DNA of 64,000 nt from Alphaproteobacteria bacterium (GCA_016927735.1 JAFGMC010000006.1:43952-107951), one strand, 5' to 3'; positions 1 through 10,239 are shown, counted from the stretch's first letter. Translations and numbers: made by a program. Notes: generated from the sequence alone by a model not told the origin.

Positions 1-324
1 TGGTGGAATAAAAGCGTCTGGTACATTAACAATCAATCGTAATACCGCACCCATTGACATCATTGTCCATTCGGACATTTTTTTTATCCATAACAAATCA
101 GATTCTGATAATCCTGGATAATCGAATACTTGGGAAATATTTTTTATTTTTGCATTTGGTAACCCACTGTCACCTGGACCAATTATTACACCAATGTACG
201 GTTTATTCATAACTGATACGCGAACAAAAGCACCCAGATTTGCAATTGAACTCAAGCGATAATCGTACCCCTCGTTAATAACGTTGGGTATTAAAACTTT
301 TACAATATCACCAGGATTAAACAT
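1..324 (-). CDS. priA: primosomal protein N' (PriA), N-terminal part; gene runs off the window start
   Basis: Reverse translation from ATG (rc of 322-324) gives MFNPGDIVKVLIPNVINEGYDYRLSS..., which resembles the PriA 3'-DNA-binding N-domain. Absent from the ORF track because it has no stop inside the window. Confidence 0.45.
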   Translation of the reverse strand, partial: MFNPGDIVKVLIPNVINEGYDYRLSSIANLGAFVRVSVMNKPYIGVIIGPGDSGLPNAKIKNISQVFDYPGLSESDLLWIKKMSEWTMMSMGAVLRLIVNVPDAFIPP

Positions 325-369
325 AATTGTTAATTTACTTGGTTTTTATTTTTTTTTCAATCATCAAAA

Positions 370-1263
370 TTATTTATTCAACAAAACATCAATATCAGCA
401 TTGGTTGGAATATGTAAAATCTCTAAATCGGCAGCGTATTGGCCACGAAACCAGGTTCGCTGCCTTTTTGCGTATTGATTTGTACGTGTAATCCAATTCT
501 TATTACATTCTTTTTCGGTTATTTCACCACGCAATAATTTACATAATTCAGATGCACCAATTGCACGGGATTCATCCCAACCAGATTTTATAACTGCCCT
601 TGCCTCTTCCAATGCACCACCTGATAACATTTTTGGAATTCTATCTGCAATCCTATTTTTTAAAATATCTTTATGTGGGTTTATAAGTATTTTAAACGGG
701 GTCGGTTTAATCGCACCACGTTTTGGTAAACTTTGCCATTCGGCCAGCGGACGACCAGTTTCCAAAAAAACTTCTAATGCACGAGCTGTTCTTTGCGGAT
801 CTTTTGCTATAAAATCTTCAGGCAATAATTTTCTAACACTTTCTGGATGCTCTGAAACTATTTTTCTTGCACGTGTTCGTGATTCATCTGAAATAGTTGG
901 TATTGGTGAAATTCCATTTAATAGAACACCTATATAATAACCGCTGCCACCGACAAAGATCGGTGTCTTGCCAGATTCAATCGCTGCATCATACTCTTTA
1001 CACGCCATATCCAAATAATCAGCAACCGTTATTTGCTGGGTCAGCGGTAAAACAGAAAACAATTTGTATGGAATACCATCAATATTCGTATTATCTAAAT
1101 TTCTTCCTGCAAAAGGACTGGCAGAAATATTTTCAATATCTTTGTAAATTTGTACACTGTCACAATTTATAATAATACCATTAACACGTTTTGCCAATTC
1201 ATGTGCAAAATCAGATTTTCCCGACGCAGTCGGACCAGCAATTATATAAGACTTGTGTACCAT
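370..1263 (-). CDS. miaA: tRNA dimethylallyltransferase
   Basis: ORF 370..1299 contains P-loop GPTASGKS and overall MiaA-like sequence. The track start at 1299 is a TTG; the ATG at 1263 (MVHKSYIIAGPTASGKS) aligns with MiaA N-termini. No clear SD for either. Confidence 0.85.
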   Translation of the reverse strand: MVHKSYIIAGPTASGKSDFAHELAKRVNGIIINCDSVQIYKDIENISASPFAGRNLDNTNIDGIPYKLFSVLPLTQQITVADYLDMACKEYDAAIESGKTPIFVGGSGYYIGVLLNGISPIPTISDESRTRARKIVSEHPESVRKLLPEDFIAKDPQRTARALEVFLETGRPLAEWQSLPKRGAIKPTPFKILINPHKDILKNRIADRIPKMLSGGALEEARAVIKSGWDESRAIGASELCKLLRGEITEKECNKNWITRTNQYAKRQRTWFRGQYAADLEILHIPTNADIDVLLNK

Positions 1264-1388
1264 TGGGGCTATTATAAACATACAATTTTTAATTTTCAAC
1301 CAACAGTCTAAAAAAATTAAGATTGTTTTCTCTTTTTATGGTGTTAAAATGGTTTGACTTGATTTAACACAAATTTAAGGAAGGAAAA

Positions 1389-2387
1389 ATGTCAAAAATC
1401 AGAATAGCTATTAATGGATTTGGTCGTATTGGTCGTTTGGTATTGCGCGCTGCATTGGAATCTGGACGTGATGATTTAGAGTTTGTTGCATTAAACGACT
1501 TGGCAATTCCAGAAGAAAACGCATATTTATTAGAACACGATTCTGTTCATGGCAAATTAGACATGGATATAAAATTTGAAGACGGATTTATAATTGTCGG
1601 TAATCATAAAATCAAATGTTTATCTGAAAAAGATCCTGCAAGATTACCTTGGAAAGAATTGGGAATTGATATCGTTATGGAATGCACAGGTGTATTCACA
1701 GCCGCCGATAAGGCAAGGGTTCATCTGGAATGCGGTGCAAAACGTGTATTGGTTTCCGCACCATCTGATGGCGCTGATAAAACAATTGTTTTTGGTGTAA
1801 ATGAAGATACTTTAACACCAGATGACAAGATTGTATCTAATGCTTCTTGCACAACAAATTGCTTGGCACCTGTTGCAAAAATTTTGGATGATGAATTCGG
1901 AATTGTAAATGGCTGGATGACAACAATTCATTCTTATACTGGTGATCAACAGTTGTTGGACAAAAACCACAAAGATTACAGACGCGCGCGCGCGGCAAAT
2001 CTTTCTATGATTCCAACCAGCACTGGTGCAGCCAAGGCGATTGGTTTGGTAATACCTAAACTGGCCGGAAAAATGGATGGAATTGCAATTCGCGTACCAA
2101 CCCCAGATGTATCTGTTGTTGAATTAATTGTAAACCTGGAACACGCTACAACTGTTGATGTTGTTAATAATATTATGATGAATTCAGCATCTGAAACATT
2201 CGGCTATAATGAAAAGCCATTGGTATCGGTTGACTTTACACATGACGCACGCAGCTCTATATTTGATTCGACCCTGACCAAGGTTATTGATGGCAAACTT
2301 CTGCACGTGACCAGCTGGTATGATAACGAATGGGGCTTTTCAAATCGCATGTGCGATACAGCCGTCGCAATTGGTAATTTATTGTAA
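1389..2387 (+). CDS. gap: glyceraldehyde-3-phosphate dehydrogenase
   Basis: MSKIRIAINGFGRIGR..., SCTTNCLAP active-site Cys motif and WYDNEWG C-terminal motif. SD aaggaagg lies upstream. Confidence 0.95.
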   Translation: MSKIRIAINGFGRIGRLVLRAALESGRDDLEFVALNDLAIPEENAYLLEHDSVHGKLDMDIKFEDGFIIVGNHKIKCLSEKDPARLPWKELGIDIVMECTGVFTAADKARVHLECGAKRVLVSAPSDGADKTIVFGVNEDTLTPDDKIVSNASCTTNCLAPVAKILDDEFGIVNGWMTTIHSYTGDQQLLDKNHKDYRRARAANLSMIPTSTGAAKAIGLVIPKLAGKMDGIAIRVPTPDVSVVELIVNLEHATTVDVVNNIMMNSASETFGYNEKPLVSVDFTHDARSSIFDSTLTKVIDGKLLHVTSWYDNEWGFSNRMCDTAVAIGNLL

Positions 2388-2408
2388 TACGAAACGCTTT
2401 AATAAAAA

Positions 2409-2433
2409 GTCCGGCAAATGCCGGATTTTTTTA
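2409..2433 (+). terminator. intrinsic terminator after gap
   Basis: Hairpin ccggcaaatgccgg followed by a T7 run. Confidence 0.75.
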
Positions 2434-2511
2434 ATGTACCTACAAAATTGAGATTTTCTAAAAAACCGCTTGCATTTATAAATCACAGAGTATAAAATGC
2501 GGGGGCTAAAT

Positions 2512-2588
2512 GGGGTTGTAGCTCAGTTGGTTAGAGCGTCTGCCTGTCACGCAGAAGGTCGCGGGTTCGAGCCCCGTCAATCCCGCCA
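2512..2588 (+). tRNA. tRNA-Asp (GTC)
   Basis: 77 nt, GGGGTTG acceptor, anticodon loop CTGTCAC, TTCGAGC T-loop, encoded CCA. Near-identical architecture to E. coli tRNA-Asp. Confidence 0.9.
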
Positions 2589-2593
2589 GTTTT

Positions 2594-2669
2594 GGCCCCA
2601 TCGTCTAGAGGCCCAGGACACCGCCCTTTCAAGGCGAGAACACCGGTTCGACTCCGGTTGGGGCTGCCA
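2594..2669 (+). tRNA. tRNA-Glu (TTC)
   Basis: 76 nt, GTCTAGAGGCCCAGGACACCGCCCTTTCA... closely matches E. coli tRNA-Glu. Anticodon TTC, encoded CCA. Confidence 0.9.
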
Positions 2670-2676
2670 AAACACT

Positions 2677-2702
2677 AAACGCACTTTATTGTGCGTTTTT
2701 TA
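2677..2702 (+). terminator. intrinsic terminator after the tRNA-Asp/Glu pair
   Basis: aaacgcac-tttatt-gtgcgtt hairpin followed by a T run. Confidence 0.7.
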
Positions 2703-2885
2703 TTTAAGATTTTTATCCTTTACAAAATCCTGATTTCCAAGGATTTTTCATTTGCTTTTTAGACACTAAGATATTAAAATCCGTGAAACATTTTAGGACT
2801 TTGGTTCAAAGATATAAATTATCAGGAATCACTTATTCGGGCTCTAAATAAAATAAGTTATTACACACACAACAAGGATTTTTTT

Positions 2886-3893
2886 ATGTTCAAACATTAT
2901 TTTTATCATATTTTATCGCTTTTATTACCAATTAGATGCATCAGAAGTAAAATTCGAGAACGTTTTCCAAAACCTTTGGATAGAATTGCTGGTTTAGAAA
3001 ACTTATTAGTTGCGAATTTTGATATTAAAAAAGTTCCTAGTGCAAATGGTTATATTAAAATGATTCAAGATGCGAATATGAAACTGGTCGCTGCATTTGA
3101 TCGTATGTGTAAGGAAAATGACATTCAATACTTTATGGGTGGTGGCGCATTGATTGGTAAACTTCGTCATGATAATTGGATACCATGGGATGATGATATC
3201 GATATTCATGTTGTTGGTAAAGACTGGAAAAAACTAATCAAGTTATTGCAAGATACATACCCAAATAATGATTTCTATGCGACTTTTAATGGAAGTTGGC
3301 ACAATCTTTTCAAAATAATTCATAGGGGAACAAACCTGCAATTAGATCTATTCAGATTTGAAATATGTGCTTCTGATATAGCTCATAACAAATCTGATTT
3401 TGACAAAATGACCAATTTGAAAATACAATATTCAAAGAAAGTTAAATCTGAAGAAAAAAGAAAAATCCCTAATATCGAATTTCTACCTGATGATTCAAAA
3501 GAGGTTCTTGAAAAAAAATGGAAGGAATATTATTCCAGAATGGATAGATATGAAAAAGCATGGAAAAAAACCGTTATGAATGGTAAACCAGCTGCAGAAA
3601 ATGGTGCTATTATGTGTTTCTCTACTTATACAAATTATACTATACGCGATTTTCATAAACATGAAACCGTATTCCCTTTTAAACATTTGGAATATTGTGG
3701 ATTAAAATTACCTTTTCCAAATAACATTGAAAATTATACAGCACATTTATATGGTGATATTTTTCAATATCCACGTGATATGTTCACACGTCATGGCGAA
3801 ATTAAATTTGATTTCTTTAAATTCACAGAATTAAAAAAACTGCTGGAATCATCTGCCGATGCTATTTACAAAAAATTTATAGAAAAGAAATAA
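2886..3893 (+). CDS. LicD-family phospho-alditol/phosphocholine transferase (nucleotidyltransferase fold)
   Basis: YFMGGGALIGKLRHDNWIPWDDDIDIHV matches the LicD/fukutin-family core (GTLLGAvRH..IPWDDDID). Very AT-rich gene. Confidence 0.75.
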   Translation: MFKHYFYHILSLLLPIRCIRSKIRERFPKPLDRIAGLENLLVANFDIKKVPSANGYIKMIQDANMKLVAAFDRMCKENDIQYFMGGGALIGKLRHDNWIPWDDDIDIHVVGKDWKKLIKLLQDTYPNNDFYATFNGSWHNLFKIIHRGTNLQLDLFRFEICASDIAHNKSDFDKMTNLKIQYSKKVKSEEKRKIPNIEFLPDDSKEVLEKKWKEYYSRMDRYEKAWKKTVMNGKPAAENGAIMCFSTYTNYTIRDFHKHETVFPFKHLEYCGLKLPFPNNIENYTAHLYGDIFQYPRDMFTRHGEIKFDFFKFTELKKLLESSADAIYKKFIEKK

Positions 3894-3908
3894 CAAGGAA
3901 TAAATAAA

Positions 3909-5282
3909 ATGAAAAATATTGCAGTAATTTTAGCAGGCGGAAACGGTAGTCGTTTGGGGGAAAGTGTACCAAAACAATTTTTTAAAGTAGCTGGAAAATC
4001 TGTCATAGAGCATACTATTGATGTTTTTGAATCTAATGGAAAAATTGATGAAATAATGATTGTTATCAATCCAAATTTTATAATGAATATTGAAAATATG
4101 GTTATTTCAAATGAATGGAAAAAAGTTAAAAAAATACTTAATGGTGGAAAAGAAAGATACGATTCAACTTTAGCCGCTATTAACGCTTGTGAAGAAACAG
4201 ATTGCAATTTAATTATCCATGATGCAGTGAGACCTTTGATAAACAATCGTATAATTAATGATGTTATAGAGAGTTTAAAAGAATATAATGCAATAGATGT
4301 TGCAGTTCCTGCGAGTGATACAATAATTCAAGTTGATGAAACTGGAAAATTTATAGAAAATATACCAAACAGAAATTTCTTACGTCGTGGTCAAACACCG
4401 CAAGGATTTAAATTATCAACTATCAAAAATGCATACGATGTCGCATTGAAAGATAAAAATTTTGTTTCTACTGATGATTGTGGGGTTGTTAAAAAATATT
4501 TACCATCAGAAAAAATCTATATTGTTCTGGGTGAAGAATCTAATGTAAAATTGACTTATAAAGAAGATATTTATTTATTGGATAAATTGTTTCAATTAAA
4601 GTCTATGACTTTGAGTGATAAAACAAATTATAATCTTCTTAAAGATAAAGTTGTTGTCGTTTTTGGTGGAAATTCTGGTATTGGTGAAAGTATTATAAAT
4701 ATCGCAAATAAACATAAAGCGAAAACTTTTTCATTTTCACGTGGAACCACTGATACCGATATATCTGATAGAAAATCTGTAAAAGAAGCTCTGGATAAAG
4801 TTTATAAAGAAACCAAACGTATTGATTATGTTGTAAATTCTGCCGCTATTCTTGCAAAAGAACCATTGGTTGGAATGGATCCTAAATTGATTAATACAGT
4901 TATAAGAACTAATTATGATGGCATGGTAAATATTGCCATTGAAAGTTATGAATATTTAAAAGAATCCAAAGGACAATTATTGTTGTTTACATCCAGTTCT
5001 TATAGTCGTGGTAGATCATTCTATAGCATATATTCATCTACTAAGGCAGCAGTTGTTAATTTCGCACAAGCAATATCTCAAGAATGGGAAAATATAGGAA
5101 TTCGCGTTAATGTTATAAACCCACAACGAACAAAAACATCTATGCGTATAAAGAATTTTGGAAAAGAACCTGATGAAACATTACTTACCGCTGATGCGGT
5201 TGCTGACATGTCTATAAAAACTTTGTTATCAGACTTTACGGGTCAAGTAATTGATATAAAAATAAATAACAAAAGTAAATAA
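3909..5282 (+). CDS. bifunctional CDP-ribitol synthase: N-terminal IspD/TarI-like cytidylyltransferase fused to C-terminal short-chain dehydrogenase (Bcs1-like)
   Basis: N-terminus IAVILAGGNGSRLG..VPKQF (cytidylyltransferase). C-half VVVVFGGNSGIGESI ... YSSTKAA ... (SDR Rossmann plus YxxxK). Same domain order as H. influenzae Bcs1. Starts 16 nt after the LicD gene. Confidence 0.75.
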   Translation: MKNIAVILAGGNGSRLGESVPKQFFKVAGKSVIEHTIDVFESNGKIDEIMIVINPNFIMNIENMVISNEWKKVKKILNGGKERYDSTLAAINACEETDCNLIIHDAVRPLINNRIINDVIESLKEYNAIDVAVPASDTIIQVDETGKFIENIPNRNFLRRGQTPQGFKLSTIKNAYDVALKDKNFVSTDDCGVVKKYLPSEKIYIVLGEESNVKLTYKEDIYLLDKLFQLKSMTLSDKTNYNLLKDKVVVVFGGNSGIGESIINIANKHKAKTFSFSRGTTDTDISDRKSVKEALDKVYKETKRIDYVVNSAAILAKEPLVGMDPKLINTVIRTNYDGMVNIAIESYEYLKESKGQLLLFTSSSYSRGRSFYSIYSSTKAAVVNFAQAISQEWENIGIRVNVINPQRTKTSMRIKNFGKEPDETLLTADAVADMSIKTLLSDFTGQVIDIKINNKSK

Positions 5283-5303
5283 TATTAATTCTAATATTTA
5301 TCT

Positions 5304-5336
5304 TAAAAAATCCCACCATTGGTGGGATTTTATTAT
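5304..5336. terminator. bidirectional intrinsic terminator
   Basis: aaaaaa-tcccaccattggtggga-ttttatt sits between convergent genes. Confidence 0.75.
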
Positions 5337-5341
5337 TTCTC

Positions 5342-5866
5342 TTATACTGAAAATCCTTTTACTTCCCAACGAACTGGTCTGTTAGAAGTGTATTGTGATA
5401 CGATAAAACTTGTTGTTGTTATACCATCTGATTGCACAGTCCCAGCAAGTGCCATCGCACTTCGGACACTTACTGAGTCCGAACTATTAAAATATGTACT
5501 TTGTATGCTTGCTGTTGTATTTATATGGTAATTTATATCTGACATTTCCACAGGTAAATTTATTACAGTTTGATAACTACTTACCCCATTCAAACTGATG
5601 CCGCCTTGTTCTATCCATCCAGATTTATATTTCCTATACCAACCATTACTGTTGCTGCCTGTTTCTATTACAAAATCATAAGTTTCTGGTAATTCCGATG
5701 TTTCTGGTATTTGATCAACCCGCGCCAATGCTATTCCACCAACTGTTGAACCATCATGTACACGTAATGTTTTTTTATCTGTATCCATTGTCACCTCACC
5801 AATTACACCGGTAAAATTTTCATGCTCTGTTGTGCTGCCACGACGAATTTGTATTTGTCGACTCAT
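5342..5866 (-). CDS. small protein with phage tail-fibre / Mtd-N-like N-terminal domain
   Basis: MSRQIQIRRGSTTEHENFTGVIGEVTMDTDKKTLRVHDGSTVGG resembles the conserved N-terminal motif of phage tail fibres / Bordetella phage Mtd (..QFRGGTTAQHA..DTDK..HDGAT.GG). Start moved to the ATG at 5866, which has SD aagga. Confidence 0.45.
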   Translation of the reverse strand: MSRQIQIRRGSTTEHENFTGVIGEVTMDTDKKTLRVHDGSTVGGIALARVDQIPETSELPETYDFVIETGSNSNGWYRKYKSGWIEQGGISLNGVSSYQTVINLPVEMSDINYHINTTASIQSTYFNSSDSVSVRSAMALAGTVQSDGITTTSFIVSQYTSNRPVRWEVKGFSV

Positions 5867-6000
5867 ATTTAATCCTTTTAAAATAAATGAAAAAAAGTCG
5901 CAAAAATGCGACCAATGTTGTAAATTTATAGTATCAGAAAAAGACGAAAAAATCAATAGCTAATTATATATATTGCAATACTGACTTTTTATTTTATAAT

Positions 6001-6129
6001 CATATCATGAAAAAAATATTTCTAGTTTTAACCTTTATCGGACTTGTTATAACTTTAACAGGTTGTGGTGTAAAAAATAATTTGGATGAAAATAATCCTG
6101 ATTACCCACGTAATTACCCAGTGTATTAA
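6001..6129 (+). CDS. 42-aa lipoprotein (below the ORF-track cutoff)
   Basis: MKKIFLVLTFIGLVITLTGCGVKNNLDENNPDYPRNYPVY has a signal peptide plus LTGC lipobox. The next gene starts 3 nt after its stop. Confidence 0.4.
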   Translation, partial: HIMKKIFLVLTFIGLVITLTGCGVKNNLDENNPDYPRNYPVY

Positions 6130-6131
6130 AA

Positions 6132-6773
6132 ATGCAAGTAATCAAACTTCATAATAAATATGATGAACTTCAAAAAGAATACGGATCACCAGATTTGGAC
6201 AGTGTTTATGGTGCTGGTTGTATAAAAAAACCAGAAGTTTGTTTTGTATTTATGAATCCTACCGGAAAAAATGTTGCCAGTTCAAAAAAATGGAATGGTT
6301 TAAAAGCGCAATGGTTGGGTACAAAAAATATATGGAATATGTTTCAAAGTCTTGGACTGATAAGTGAAAAAACCGCAGATAAAATAAAATCTATGAAACC
6401 TGCTGATTGGAATCCTGATTTTGCAAATGAATTATATCAAGAAGTTAAATCTAATAAAATATACATAACAAACCTTGGTAAATGCACAATGAAAGATGCA
6501 TCACCTTTGCAAAACAAAGTATTCAAAGAGTATCTCGATTTATTGGACCAAGAAATATCCGAAATTAATCCGAAAAAGATTATAACTTTTGGCAATCAGG
6601 TCAGTTCTATATTTCTGGGACAAAATATAAAAGTATCCGATACACGTAAAAAATTTATTATCAAAAAAATAGACGGTAAAGATTACCCAGTTTATCCAGT
6701 GTACTATCCTGTTGGACAAGGAATGCGTAATTTACCAATCGCAATTGAAGATATTTTATTCGCAATGAAATAA
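6132..6773 (+). CDS. uracil-DNA glycosylase superfamily protein (family 4/5-like, divergent motifs)
   Basis: FVFMNPTGKN stands in place of the GEAPG motif-A region. The C-terminal YYPVGQGMRN resembles motif B. Assignment is tentative. Confidence 0.4.
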   Translation: MQVIKLHNKYDELQKEYGSPDLDSVYGAGCIKKPEVCFVFMNPTGKNVASSKKWNGLKAQWLGTKNIWNMFQSLGLISEKTADKIKSMKPADWNPDFANELYQEVKSNKIYITNLGKCTMKDASPLQNKVFKEYLDLLDQEISEINPKKIITFGNQVSSIFLGQNIKVSDTRKKFIIKKIDGKDYPVYPVYYPVGQGMRNLPIAIEDILFAMK

Positions 6774-6786
6774 TGATTTTTATAAA

Positions 6787-6871
<85 letters not shown>

Positions 6872-6959
6872 ATGACCGTACTACTTTATGATAAAAATTA
6901 CTTGATTTCCAGTAAAATTTAACTTAAAATCCGTGTCATCATAATAAAGGTTTAATGAA

Positions 6960-7139
6960 ATGGCATCTAAAAAAGGCAGCAAGGAAGTTGTAAAGTTAGA
7001 AAATAAAGAAACTGGTTTCTTTTATACAACTACAAAAAATACAAAATCTGAAAATACTCAGGGCAAAATGAAATTCCGTAAGTACGATCCTAAATTGCGT
7101 AAGCATGTCGTATTTACAGAGGCGAAAATGCCTAAATAA
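6960..7139 (+). CDS. rpmG: 50S ribosomal protein L33
   Basis: 59 aa MASKKGSKEVVKLENKETGFFYTTTKNTKSENTQGKMKFRKYDPKLRKHVVFTEAKMPK. Below the ORF-track size cutoff. Confidence 0.9.
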   Translation: MASKKGSKEVVKLENKETGFFYTTTKNTKSENTQGKMKFRKYDPKLRKHVVFTEAKMPK

Positions 7140-7140
7140 A

Positions 7141-7168
7141 AAACCGCGCTTTTCAGCGCGTTTTTTTA
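7141..7168 (+). terminator. intrinsic terminator after rpmG
   Basis: accgcgc-ttttca-gcgcgt followed by a T7 run. Confidence 0.8.
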
Positions 7169-7288
7169 TTAAATAGAGCAAAAAATTAAATAAAATGATA
7201 TAGATGCGATGCATTTATCAAAGGGAGTTTACATACAGGTAAATGACCGGCGATAAATACAAGCAGATGTATTGTTTTATTTAATTTA

Positions 7289-9535
7289 TTATTTCCCAAA
7301 TTTACCATTTCTTGGAAATCCGACTGGAATCGTTCGACCCTGGGTTGCACGTTTCCCAACCCATGGTTGCCAATCATCTAACTTTGTTGTACCACGTCCG
7401 TTTGTCCAACTGAATCCATCATCAGAATTAAAGAACATTGCGTCCAAAATATAAGTACGTTCAGCATTATATTTTTGTAATATGACACCCTTGCCACGTG
7501 CCATTTCTGGAATATCGGAAGTGTTAAACACCAAAATTTTATCATTAGAACCTGACAATGCTATAAATTCACCAGTAACATCTACACACAAAACTGCCGG
7601 TGTCTTTTTATCAATATTCATAACCTGTTTACCATTTTTGGTCTGTGCTAAACAATTTTCACCAGATACAATAAATCCAGTTCCATGTTTCGCCACCAGT
7701 AAATATTTCATTTTCGAATCTAAAACAAATGCGCGAACAATGCTTTCATCTGCATCAATATCCGCCATCATTCTAATTGATTCACCAAACCCACGTGCAG
7801 ATGGTAATTCATTAGCCGCCAAACTGAACATCTTGCCAGAACTTACAAATAAATTAATTTTATCCGTACTCTGTGCATGCAAAGCTGTAAATAATTCATC
7901 ACCTTCTTTGAATTTTAAATCCAAAGAATCTAAATCCAAATGACCCTTGGCTGCACGAATCCAGCCCATGGTCGACAGTATAATCGTCATTGGTTCTTTT
8001 TCGATAAATTCTTCAGCATTAACAACAATTTCTTCGGTTTGTTGATCCCATATTGTACGACGACGACCCAAGGTTGTTTTTTTATCATAAGTCTTTTTTA
8101 TATCTGCAAACCAAGCTTTTAGTTGATCATTTTGAGCATTATCATCTGCCAATAAACTTTTTAATTTTTTCTGTTCTGCATGTAATTCTTTATCTTCGCG
8201 ACGAATTTCCATTTCTTCCAGTTTGCGTAAAGAACGCAGACGTGTGTTTAAAATAGCCTCTACCTGGACATCAGTCAGCTTGAATTCTTCCATTAAAAGG
8301 GATTTTGCTTCGTCTTCATTACGAATGATTTCGATAACACGATCCAAATTTAAATAAACAACCAAAAGTCCGCCAAGAACTTCTAAACGACGTTCAATAT
8401 TACCTAATCTCCATTCGGTTCTGCGACGCAAGACAACTTTTTGATGTGCAATAAATTCATTCAAAACTTCGCCGATTTTCATAACACGCGGACTGCCCAA
8501 GGAATCGATAACATTAAAATTCATATTAAAACGTGATTCCAAATCAGTCATTGCAAACAGATGTGCCATCATTTTATCAATTGGCACATTACGTGATTTT
8601 GGAATAATAACCATTCTTACATCGGTTGTTGATTCATCTATAATATCATCAACCAATGGTAATTTCTTTGCATCAATCAGGTTGGCTATTTGCTCTACCA
8701 GTCTGGACTTTACAACACCGTATGGAATTTCTGTGATAACAGCCTGCTCTAACCCACGATCCAGCTTTTCAATTTCCCACTTTGCACGGATTCTGAATGC
8801 GCCACGACCCGTTTCATAATTCTTTACAATCGTATCAAAATCGTCAATCAGTGTTCCACCAGTTGGAAAATCAGGACCAACCATTTTTTTCATTATTTGC
8901 ACGGTTGTTGCGTCTGGTTTATCAATAACCAATGCCAGTGCATCACAAACCTCAGAAACATTATGCGTTGGAATATTTGTTGCCATACCAACGGCAATTC
9001 CCATACCACCATTTGCCAATAAATTAGGAAACGCCCCAGGCATAACAACAGGTTCAACAGTTGTGCCATCAAAGTTAGGCATCATATCAACACTATTTTC
9101 GTCCAAACCCTCCATGATTAACATGGATGCTTCGGTCATTTTTGATTCTGTATATCGGTATGCAGCCTGGGGATCGCCGTCAATATTACCAAAGTTCCCC
9201 TGACCATCAATCAATGGATAACGAACAGAAAAATCTTGTGCCAAACGAACCATTGCATCATAAACTGACGAATCACCATGTGGATGATATTGACCAAGAA
9301 CATCACCAACGACTGCTGCACACTTACGAAAAGCTGCATTTGGTGTCAATTTTTTACGCAACATTGCATATAGAATACGACGATGAACAGGCTTTAACCC
9401 ATCACGTACATCTGGCAGTGCACGCGATACAATTGTACTGACCGCATAGGACAAATAACGCTCTGATAATGCATCAGCTAGTTGTTGTTTATCAATATTT
9501 TCGTTTATGACACCCGTGTTTTTCATTTTTACCAC
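7289..9535 (-). CDS. parC: DNA topoisomerase IV subunit A (type IIA topoisomerase A subunit)
   Basis: [33 protein letters not shown] and catalytic YTESKM. Length of 748 aa fits ParC rather than GyrA. Confidence 0.75.
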   Translation of the reverse strand: MVKMKNTGVINENIDKQQLADALSERYLSYAVSTIVSRALPDVRDGLKPVHRRILYAMLRKKLTPNAAFRKCAAVVGDVLGQYHPHGDSSVYDAMVRLAQDFSVRYPLIDGQGNFGNIDGDPQAAYRYTESKMTEASMLIMEGLDENSVDMMPNFDGTTVEPVVMPGAFPNLLANGGMGIAVGMATNIPTHNVSEVCDALALVIDKPDATTVQIMKKMVGPDFPTGGTLIDDFDTIVKNYETGRGAFRIRAKWEIEKLDRGLEQAVITEIPYGVVKSRLVEQIANLIDAKKLPLVDDIIDESTTDVRMVIIPKSRNVPIDKMMAHLFAMTDLESRFNMNFNVIDSLGSPRVMKIGEVLNEFIAHQKVVLRRRTEWRLGNIERRLEVLGGLLVVYLNLDRVIEIIRNEDEAKSLLMEEFKLTDVQVEAILNTRLRSLRKLEEMEIRREDKELHAEQKKLKSLLADDNAQNDQLKAWFADIKKTYDKKTTLGRRRTIWDQQTEEIVVNAEEFIEKEPMTIILSTMGWIRAAKGHLDLDSLDLKFKEGDELFTALHAQSTDKINLFVSSGKMFSLAANELPSARGFGESIRMMADIDADESIVRAFVLDSKMKYLLVAKHGTGFIVSGENCLAQTKNGKQVMNIDKKTPAVLCVDVTGEFIALSGSNDKILVFNTSDIPEMARGKGVILQKYNAERTYILDAMFFNSDDGFSWTNGRGTTKLDDWQPWVGKRATQGRTIPVGFPRNGKFGK

Positions 9536-9655
9536 TTAAATTTCTTAACCTACAATGACATTGAATTTAGAACATTTAAAAAAAAATAACAACATAAAAA
9601 AATTTGACAAAACAAAATATATGTATAAACATACTAAAATAATCAAGGAATAACT

Positions 9656-10237
9656 ATGAAAATTATGGAACTGGCCCAATGGTACGATTACGTCTCTTGT
9701 AACGAGACATTACTGTCTATAAATATAGTAAATTTCAATATGGATTCTAAGATTCTAGATTTTCATATGGGTATGAGTTTTCAAATTATAGATTCTTTGA
9801 ATTTTGATAAGAATAGACTTTTTTTATGTGAAAAATTATCTATCAAGGCAAATTCTTTCAGTGTTGGTAAAGGCAAATATTTTTATTTTATGTATAATAC
9901 AAAAACCGGTGTATTTTCATGGGAACATTCTGATTTAATTGATAATGTCACGAATGAAAAAATGGCTGATAAAATATCAAAAGCGCTTGATGACAAAGAA
10001 TTAAATATAGAAAACAGTTTTATTGGTGGTTCTTTTATAAGGGAATCAGAGATAATACAAAACAAAGAAAGTGTTTTAAAACCTTATAGTTATCGTGGTT
10101 TTATACAAGAAGATATTCAAAAAGCAAATTTAAATAAATTAAGTAAAAATGGTAATTTAAGCAAAAGCTTGGACCTGGTTAAAAATTGTATAGAAATTAA
10201 AGATTCTCTGAAAAATCAAATTTTCCAAAGAAGTTAA
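9656..10237 (+). CDS. hypothetical protein
   Basis: 193-aa ORF with no recognisable motif, closed off by a bidirectional terminator. Confidence 0.3.
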   Translation: MKIMELAQWYDYVSCNETLLSINIVNFNMDSKILDFHMGMSFQIIDSLNFDKNRLFLCEKLSIKANSFSVGKGKYFYFMYNTKTGVFSWEHSDLIDNVTNEKMADKISKALDDKELNIENSFIGGSFIRESEIIQNKESVLKPYSYRGFIQEDIQKANLNKLSKNGNLSKSLDLVKNCIEIKDSLKNQIFQRS

Positions 10238-10239
10238 TT

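Noticed and set aside
2497-2733. 78-aa ORF across the tRNA-Asp/tRNA-Glu region, and similar short ORFs antisense to miaA, gap, parC, clpB, glyQS and rpoC
   Set aside because: They overlap clearly functional tRNA or conserved protein-coding sequence on the other strand or frame, so they are artefacts of six-frame translation.
5342-5866. Diversity-generating retroelement (DGR) suggested by the Mtd-like N-terminal motif
   Set aside because: No reverse-transcriptase ORF and no template/variable repeat pair are visible anywhere in the 64 kb. Mtd-N-like domains also occur in non-DGR tail fibres.
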